42,724 nt of DNA, from the NCBI RefSeq assembly GCF_001194135.2, contig NC_068990.1, forward strand, positions 46,249,020 to 46,291,743, given 5' to 3'. The position numbers and the translations under genes are program-made. The stretch comes from Octopus bimaculoides. Taxonomy: Eukaryota. Below, piece after piece: positions 34,661 to 42,724 of the stretch. Every line of letters begins with the position of its first letter. Positions within the stretch are counted from its first letter, which is position 1. The notes under the pieces were generated by a model. The model saw only the letters and a list, made by a program, of their open reading frames with translations. It did not search any database and had not been told where the DNA came from.

Positions 34661-36726
34661 AGCACAACACCATCGCAACTATATATATATATGTCTGACA
34701 TTTCTTTCCAGTATTTTGATTTGCTTCAACGATTCGATTAGGAATTTTCTACTCTTCACTCTGTTTGTTTCTGTTTCTGTCTTTCACTCTGCCTGATTGT
34801 CTGTCTGTCTGTCTGTCTGTCTCACTCTCTCTTCCTCCCTCATCCTCTCTCTTTTTGTCTCTCTTCCTCTCTCACTGAGGTTTTTTTTTATCTCTTTGGA
34901 CAAGCTTTACTGATTCCTTCTTTGATCATAAAAATGTCACAGTAGTCTTTCAAGATCATTGGTCACTGACTATGAGCAAAGGAAATGTATTTGTGTGTGT
35001 ATGTATGTATATGTGTATGCATGTGTGTATGTACAGGTGTGTATGTGTGTTTTATATGCGTTTATGCATTTTTCCGTGTTTACCGTATGTATGTGTTCAT
35101 GTTCATGCGTATGTGCGTGAATACATGTATGCGTGCATATGTGAGCTCGCCTGTTTGTGCGTGGGTGGGCAGGAGGTGTTCGGGCGTAGATTGAAAGCAA
35201 GCTTTCTCGAGTAGAAGTAATATCGAACTAGCAACTCACAGGTGTAAAGTTCAAATCTGTGCTATTTTCCCAACACTTTATTCTGCATGGCTTCAACGAC
35301 TTAAACTAGATCATCTGGGAAAATATGAACTGCTTGTAGATCTGTGTCGAAACTAGGAAGTGTTGTACCTTCCATACATTTAAGTCTATGGGACCAGTGC
35401 AAGCGGATCCTTATGTGATCGCTTAACTCATGAAAAATTTCAACTAAAACACCTTCAAATTACAGGAGACATTGGACAATTTAGGACCCATTTTATACAA
35501 AAAGATAGAACCTGCATCATTGGATCACACATAGGTTAGCTTGAGCAGGGTTGACCTGGGGTGAGGCAAGAACAAAAGAGAGCTGGTGGGTTAGGTGGCA
35601 TGGGTCTATGATTTTAAGGGGTCTCAATCTCCTTGTCAAAGGCAGTGTGTGAGCCTTTGGTAAAGAATGATTTATTTATAAATCGTTCTAGTCCCTGTAT
35701 TCTTTTCTGTTACTTGTTATGTACATCACGTATATTACATGTAGAAACCCATAACATGTGCAAGGCCGTCATTATAAGTATTTAGCAGTGATTACTAGCA
35801 TGCATAATGAGAAATTTGAAATATGGTCTATAATTTAAATCTAGCTGGGGCCTGTTACCAGCTTTGCACAGACCTGCCTGGAGCTAAACAGCGGCGACGA
35901 CGGCGGCGACGACAACGACAATAACAATGACATTGGGTGGCGTTAAAAATCTGTAAAGTAAGAGTTAATATATTCAATCTGGCGACCAAGAAACTTTAAT
36001 TAAGACGTCAGCTGCACTCAGGAATTGTGAACACTGGACGAATGGTTAAATCTGTCCAAGACAGGGGTGGGGTGATAACACCGAAGTTCAGTTGATTAAA
36101 TTTGGGAATAAGCATACGGTGAAGGGAAATGTTGGGCTTTAGATACACATACTTATTTGTTTTCCTTATAATACATCACACAGTCATAGGGCGGTGATGT
36201 GCACAGCCGTCTAAAAGGGTCAAAAGATCAGTTGGAAAATGGCATTCCTCTAACAAGTTTTAAAATGAAATTTGCAACGAAATACAGAAAATATAGAAAA
36301 ATGTTAAATTAAGAATAGATGAAAATGTAAGATGTTGAAATATTTTAGCTTATTTACGATTATTTTTCAATTCTATTTATATTGACTTTTACTTTCCCCA
36401 TCATTTAAATTACAATATCCTTCTGTATACACATTTGAATACGGAATAATGTGAAGCTTATGAGTTGAAGGTTTGTATTAATATACTGTGAGCTGTTTAA
36501 TATCTAATATGATGGCCACAGTCCTTAAGTAACAATAGATTAATATATAATATATTAATTAGAAGCCCTAAGCAGTGATTTATATAAACTTGATGTGTTT
36601 ACGTCCTTTTGTCTACAGCTAAAATTATCCTCCATGACAAAATGCAATGAATGGCCTTCTTAAGGGTTCATTATGTCTCAAATCTATTTGAACTGATAAA
36701 AAGTTTATATTTATATATAATATAAA

Positions 36727-37300
36727 TCATAATAATATTCTCCTGTTGGGTATGTGCTTGAAAATGCTTATTGCTTTTCATTATCAACGGGGATGTCTTT
36801 CTCGATGTTTAGTAGCTTGAGATCAAGTAATCTATCTTCACACTGTCTCTGCAATTTATAGCTTTACCTTGAACTTGGAAAAGGAGTACTCTACAGTTGC
36901 TATTGTTACTGGAAGCGTTGCATGAATTTTAAGCAACTCATACGTAATTGAGAATACAAGATAAACATAAGTTTTGTTGAGGCAACTGAAGGTGGTGTTC
37001 AGATAACTTTGAGGCTGTAAATAGTCTTGTTAAAGTGTGTTGTTCTCGATATAAAACTTGTGGCGAGTATTTAGATCTTGGAATTTGTCAAATCTGTACC
37101 TGCCTTCCAGTTTATTAGTGCAATTAGCTCGCCTTCAGAATTTTTTCTAGCTCATTTTAATCCTTTAAATTAGATTTTCTAATATCTCACTTTTCTAATA
37201 TGTCACTTTTCTCGATCAGCTCTTATCAGGAATTTTCTCTGGCGTACAACTAGACAATCAATGAGTGAATTTAGAATAATCGATATTTATAATCCACGCA
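36727..37300 (-). mobile_element. hAT-superfamily transposase remnant (C-terminal dimerisation domain)
   Basis: Minus strand with frameshifts: ISIILNSLIDCLVVR...YELLKIHATLPVTIATVEYSFSKFKVKL*...EDRLLDLKLLNIEKDIPVDNEK...TYPNRRILL*, matching the hAT motif LPVT.A..ERSFS.LK...RL..L.LL.I. Confidence 0.85.
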
Positions 37301-37504
37301 GCCCACAAGCCTCTACACTTATCATTTATAGGCATTAGTCGAACGGAATTTTTCGAGGCGGATTTTTTTACGGTGGAGAGCCCTTCCTACCACCATCCCT
37401 CGTCTGTTTCAAGCAAAGTAATATTTGTCAATAACCAGACATACTTTCACAATTTTGGAAACGAAGGACACCGCTTTCATTACGGTGACACTTGTTTACA
37501 GCTA

Positions 37505-37538
<34 letters not shown>

Positions 37539-37549
37539 TATATATTCAT

Positions 37550-37705
37550 GCGATGGGATCTTTCAGTTTCCGTCTACCAAATCCACTCACAAGGCTTTAG
37601 TCGGTCCGGGACTATAGTAGAAGACTCTTGCTCAAGGAGCCATACAATGGGATTGAACGTGGAACCATGTGGTTGGGAAGCAAACATCTACTCACACAGT
37701 CAGAA
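37550..37705 (-). mobile_element. SINE family A, head plus CORE-like half only, ending in (TG)n
   Basis: Reverse complement of accacatggttccacgttcaatccc...gagcaagagtcttctactatagtcccggaccgactaaagccttgtgagtggatttggtagacggaaactgaaaga. Confidence 0.88.
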
Positions 37706-37780
37706 TAATGCCATTCTTTAAAAACATTTGAATGAAACACATTTAACATTCGGTACAGGAAAATATTTTTCAGCCTTTCT

Positions 37781-38098
37781 AAGGCGGCGAGCTGGCGGAA
37801 TCGTTAGCGCACCGGTCGAAATGCTTACCAGCATTTGGTCCTTCATTTACATTCTGAGTTCAAATTCCGCCGGGGTCGATAGAATAAGTTCTTAGAACTT
37901 AGAAGAGCAAGCTATAGAACTAGGCATATTAAATTATGCACTTAGTCATCTCTTCTGCTCTTCGTAATTTGAGGTCAATTATGATCTGACCTACATCTCA
38001 TTCATATATAATAAGTTCCAGTTGGTTATTGGGGTCGATGTAATCAACTTAACGTCTCCCCCAAAATTGCTGGCTTTGTTCCAAACTTTGAAATCAAT
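37781..38098 (+). mobile_element. SINE family N carrying a 118-bp insertion (37892-38009)
   Basis: Head aaggcggcgagctggcggaatcgttagc, B-box gagttcaaattcc. The SINE resumes at aataagttccagttgg...ggggtcgatgtaatc after the insert. Confidence 0.88.
37895..38006. repeat. Perfect 112-bp inverted repeat of 39115-39226
   Basis: Base-by-base comparison found no mismatch over 112 bp. Confidence 0.95.
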
Positions 38099-38854
38099 AC
38101 TCTTCAGTTTTTGTTTACAGTAAATGTTGCATTGTGGCCCTTATCTATGCCTACGGTTTATTGTATATCNNNNNNNNNNNNNNNNNNNNNNNNNNNNNNN
38201 NNNNNNNNNNNNNNNNNNNNNNNNNNNNNNNNNNNNNNNNNNNNNNNNNNNNNNNNNNNNNNNNNNNNNNNNNNNNNNNNNNNNNNNNNNNNNNNNNNNN
38301 NNNNNNNNNNNNNNNNNNNNNNNNNNNNNNNNNNNNNNNNNNNNNNNNNNNNNNNNNNNNNNNNNNNNNNNNNNNNNNNNNNNNNNNNNNNNNNNNNNNN
38401 NNNNNNNNNNNNNNNNNNNNNNNNNNNNNNNNNNNNNNNNNNNNNNNNNNNNNNNNNNNNNNNNNNNNNNNNNNNNNNNNNNNNNNNNNNNNNNNNNNNN
38501 NNNNNNNNNNNNNNNNNNNNNNNNNNNNNNNNNNNNNNNNNNNNNNNNNNNNNNNNNNNNNNNNNNNNNNNNNNNNAGAGAGAGAGAGAGAGAGAGAGAG
38601 AGAACTTCGTTCACAACGAGAAGGAAAACAGTACTCAGTATTGTTTGTTACACTTCTGTTATTCCATTTCAAGTTAGTAAACAGATTCTGCCCAACTCCA
38701 TCGATAATCTAATTTGGGTGGCGCTTTGCTGAAATAGGGGTCTACAGATGTATAACGTCATATAAATCTAACCTTGCTGCTTTAAAGATGCCCTCCCCAC
38801 TCTTTTCCTTTTATTAGTGTTGTTCCCACGGGAAAAGATCGCTTGACATTGTAT

Positions 38855-38945
38855 CGTCTTTTGGTTTCACCTCACAGTTCTCCCTTCTCTCCTCCCACTC
38901 TTCCCTTGGACGCGTTACATTCCGTGTCTTCTTGTCTGAGAGAAT
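38855..38945 (+). mobile_element. Probable Penelope-like terminal-repeat remnant
   Basis: cctcacagttctcccttctctcctcccactcttcccttggacgcgttac resembles the pyrimidine-rich terminal region of octopus Penelope-like repeats (recall only). Confidence 0.35.
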
Positions 38946-40544
38946 CACTGATTTGATGGATCTTGAATGAGTTGAACGCAACTACCGGATGACACTCATC
39001 GGAGCAAAGATTTATGTATAGTCCCTGACGCTGAATACCGTCAAAGCCGTCTGATCTTATAGTAAGTGGTATATCAGAAGTTTGGCGGTAAATATATCGT
39101 AGTAGCTTCTACATTATGAATGAGATGTAGGTCAGATCATAATTGACCTCAAATTACGAAGAGCAGAAGAGATGACTAAGTGCATAATTTAATATGCCTA
39201 GTTCTATAGCTTGCTCTTCTAAGTTCAAATTACGCAAGTTACTTTTTGTCTTTTATACTTTTGCATTTAGATAAAGTGAGTCAAATAATATATAAAATTA
39301 CTTGGGTAGTTATGATTGTCTAACATCTCTGCTCTGCAAAAACTAGCACTGTCAAGTCAAAATAGTTGTATGTTAAATCAGTTATATAGCGTATTATTCT
39401 TTGCCGACATTGTATATGATATATATATGTAAGGTAACGACATATCGAGTGTCACGAAAGAAAAACAAATATGAGCATTATATATATAATAGCAAAACAT
39501 ATTCCATGTCTCAATAAATATTTCTTTCTTCCCTTTCTCTCTCCCTGCTCTCAGTGTATGTGTGCGTGTGCGTGTGTGTAGGTGTGTGTAGGTGTGTGTG
39601 TGTAAGAAAAAGGTGGATACGTAGACAGGTTCTCATATACATAACGTAGTGAGTTGAAAATCATTGATAAACTGAAATTATCTGTGCAATTAATGAACAA
39701 AAACATCCTCTACGGTTACTTAAAGGGTAAATAAGAACAAAAACAAGGGGTATAAAACCAATCGGATCAGTTGACTGAAATGGCCGCAGCTCTCGAGCTG
39801 AAACTAGTTAAAGAGTTGTATATATACTCACATATGTGAGTATATATGTGTGTGTGTGTGTGTGTCTATGCACATAGATACATTTACAGTGGGGGGGGGG
39901 GAATAAATATTCGTACATGTCAAAATTATTTATTTATTTAATTTCTAATGAACATAAATGGGATATACCAATACTATATTTGCATACACATGCATAAACT
40001 AAGAATATGCAAAAGAAAATAATGCGATGCGTAAAATGTCGCTATTTCAGGTTTTAATTTCGCGCATGCGCATTGTTTGTTTTTGATTTGATCGATTACA
40101 CAGTATCGTAGGGTCAGCTGGCCACCACCTATGAGAAAAACAGCACCATGACGCAATTCACTCTGCCAGAAATCTGGAAACGACATGCTGTACTTCATGG
40201 GAGAGTGTTTGGGTATCAATTTGAAGAAAGTGCAATCTGAGGACATGTACCGATTATATATATTGGGTTGACAGAAACTATATAGATGCCCAAGTGGGTG
40301 GATTGTATCCATTCGCTCAAAGGTACAGCTTAGTTACAGAATATCTGACAATTACTGATTCTATCTGACAATTACGTTAAGGCGTCTTGTATCTGTGGAA
40401 TGGCTAGCCACTTTCATGCTAATTCAAGAAGCAGATAATCCTCATCATATACATATATATATATATTATACACACACACACACACACACACACATATGTA
40501 TAACATATATATTTATACTTTTCGGCCATTTAACGATGCACGTT

Positions 40545-40690
40545 CTTTTCTCCGGACTATGTAGTCCTTCCACCTTTTCCTCCTCTCTAGAATTTTCCCA
40601 CTTTCCGACGAAGAGCTGCGCTCGAAATCTTATTTCCACTCCTATTCTTCCAACAAAAACTTTCATTGGGCGTCACTCTAATGTATTCAC
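40545..40690 (+). mobile_element. Penelope-like terminal-repeat remnant with a degenerate hammerhead core (40605-40627)
   Basis: ccgacga-a-gagc-tgc-gctc-gaaa matches the PLE signature CTGANGA(A)G..C..GCTCGAAA. Confidence 0.5.
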
Positions 40691-40824
40691 CGTATACGTC
40701 TAATTGACCTTTGTTGTGGCTTCCAGTTTTACAAAATTTATTTGCCTATATATAAACATAACATATATGTATGTGTGTTTGTATCTTTCTATTTATGTAT
40801 CTAATCTATCTACGTATATGTGGT

Positions 40825-41150
40825 GGAAGCACAATGGCCCAGTAGTAAGGGCAGCGGACTCGCGGTCGTAGGGTCGCGGTTTCGATTCCCTGATCGGGCG
40901 TTGTGAGTGTCTATTGAGCGAAAACACCTAAAGCTCCACGAGGCTCCGGCAGGGGGTGGTGGCTAACCCTGCTGTATTCTTTCACCACAACTTTCTCTCA
41001 CTCTTTCTTCCTGTTTTTGTTGTACCTGTATTTTAAAGGGCCAGCCTTGTCACGCACTGTGTCACGCTGAATCTCCCGAGAACTACGTTAAGGCTGTTCC
41101 GTTGATCGGATCAACTGGAACCCTCATCGTCGTAACCGACGGAGTGCCAC
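40825..41150 (+). mobile_element. SINE family B with a ~53-nt internal deletion
   Basis: Near-identical to 31383-31769 but reads aactacgttaagg|ctgttcc; the missing segment is bounded by an AGG microhomology. Confidence 0.92.
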
Positions 41151-42134
41151 GACATATATATGACTAACTGCAGGTGGAAATTCTGAAGACTCGGGCTTAA
41201 CATGCTTAATANNNNNNNNNNNNNNNNNNNNNNNNNNNNNNNNNNNNNNNNNNNNNNNNNNNNNNNNNNNNNNNNNNNNNNNNNNNNNNNNNNNNNNNNN
41301 NNNNNNNNNNNNNNNNNNNNNNNNNNNNNNNNNNNNNNNNNNNNNNNNNNNNNNNNNNNNNNNNNNNNNNNNNNNNNNNNNNNNNNNNNNNNNNNNNNNN
41401 NNNNNNNNNNNNNNNNNNNNNNNNNNNNNNNNNNNNNNNNNNNNNNNNNNNNNNNNNNNNNNNNNNNNNNNNNNNNNNNNNNNNNNNNNNNNNNNNNNNN
41501 NNNNNNNNNNNNNNNNNNNNNNNNNNNNNNNNNNNNNNNNNNNNNNNNNNNNNNNNNNNNNNNNNNNNNNNNNNNNNNNNNNNNNNNNNNNNNNNNNNNN
41601 NNNNNNNNNNNNNNNNNNNNNNNNNNNNNNNNNNNNNNNNNNNNNNNNNNNNNNNNNNNNNNNNNNNNNNNNNNNNNNNNNNNNNNNNNNNNNNNNNNNN
41701 NNNNNNNNNNNNNNNNNNNNNNNNNNNNNNNNNNNNNNNNNNNNNNNNNNNNNNNNNNNNNNNNNNNNNNNNNNNNNNNNNNNNNNNNNNNNNNNNNNNN
41801 NNNNNNNNNNNNNNNNNNNNNNNNNNNNNNNNNNNNNNNNNNNNNNNNNNNNNNNNNNNNNNNNNNNNNNNNNNNNNNNNNNNNNNNNNNNNNNNNNNNN
41901 NNNNNNNNNNNNNNNNNNNNNNNNNNNNNNNNNNNNNNNNNNNNNNNNNNNNNNNNNNNNNNNNNNNNNNNNNNNNNNNNNNNNNNNNNNNNNNNNNNNN
42001 NNNNNNNNNNNNNNNNNNNNNNNNNNNNNNNNNNNNNNNNNNNNNNNNNNNNNNNNNNNNNNNNNNNNNNNNNNNNNNNNNNNNNNNNNNNNNNNNNNNN
42101 NNNAAACAATAAACTACTGCAGTCTATGTTTTAA

Positions 42135-42320
42135 ATACTTCTGTGGAACGTAACTTCATACATACATACATACATACATACATACATACATACGTACAAA
42201 CAAAAGTACCTTGTTGGTGTTGAAATTTTAATGAAGGAGCCTTGGATCTAGGTTAGAAACCAACTCCTCTATTGGCAAGAAATCTTGAAATAAAATTGAA
42301 TGACATACATACATACTTAC
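42135..42320 (+). mobile_element. 3' UTR-only copy of the 18.9-kb R4/Dong family, ending in a (CATA)n tail
   Basis: ccttgttggtgttgaaattttaatgaaggagccttggatctaggttagaaacc...ctattggcaagaaatcttgaaataaaa aligns to 19661-19755. Confidence 0.85.
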
Positions 42321-42661
42321 ATATATGCATCTATATATGTATGTGTGTGTGTGTGTTGATGGATAGAAATTGTATGAGGGTGATGTGTAATCTATCGTGA
42401 TGATGACTATAAAGGCAATGATTTCGAATACCAATTGCATCACTCGTGCTTTTACTGACGACTAAAGACGATAAATCCATGACATACAAACGGTTATAGA
42501 TCATTACGGAATGTGTGTTCATGCAGTAGGAATCTATTTGTGTCAGGGGAATATTTTGATGATTCACTATATCCATAATCTGTTCATGATAGCTTTCATA
42601 ACGACGTCGTGGTTAGAGGATAATCTTTTAATCCAGACTGACAACAGAACAAGGTATAAAT

Positions 42662-42663
<2 letters not shown>

Positions 42664-42724
<61 letters not shown>
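42664..42724. repeat. (CA)n microsatellite
   Basis: Direct inspection. Confidence 0.98.

Overview
This window is eukaryotic, very repeat-dense animal genomic DNA from a draft assembly with ten N-gaps. The tRNA-derived SINE families and the extreme microsatellite load point to an octopod cephalopod (inference from family recall, not a database search). No intact protein-coding gene is recognisable. Almost every ORF in the track is a translation of simple repeats or of N runs. The window is a mosaic of decayed transposons: (1) a Merlin/IS1595-type DNA transposon at 8503-10022 built from two inverted transposase 3' ends and flanked by a perfect 8-bp target-site duplication; (2) an LTR-retrotransposon gag-pol remnant at 19763-21606 whose RT and RNase H motifs look DIRS-like but which carries a DDE-type integrase; (3) several non-LTR retrotransposon fragments (four R4/Dong-like, one HERO-like, one Tx1-like); (4) a hAT transposase C-terminus; (5) Penelope-like remnants, one with a degenerate hammerhead core; (6) a MITE-like inverted-repeat element; and (7) four tRNA-SINE families plus an abundant headless repeat. 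The strangest local structure is a perfect 112-bp inverted copy of 39115-39226 inserted into a SINE at 37895-38006. A few low-confidence minus-strand exon candidates hint that the window may be intronic. All protein motifs were read by manual translation, and coordinates of decayed copies are approximate.
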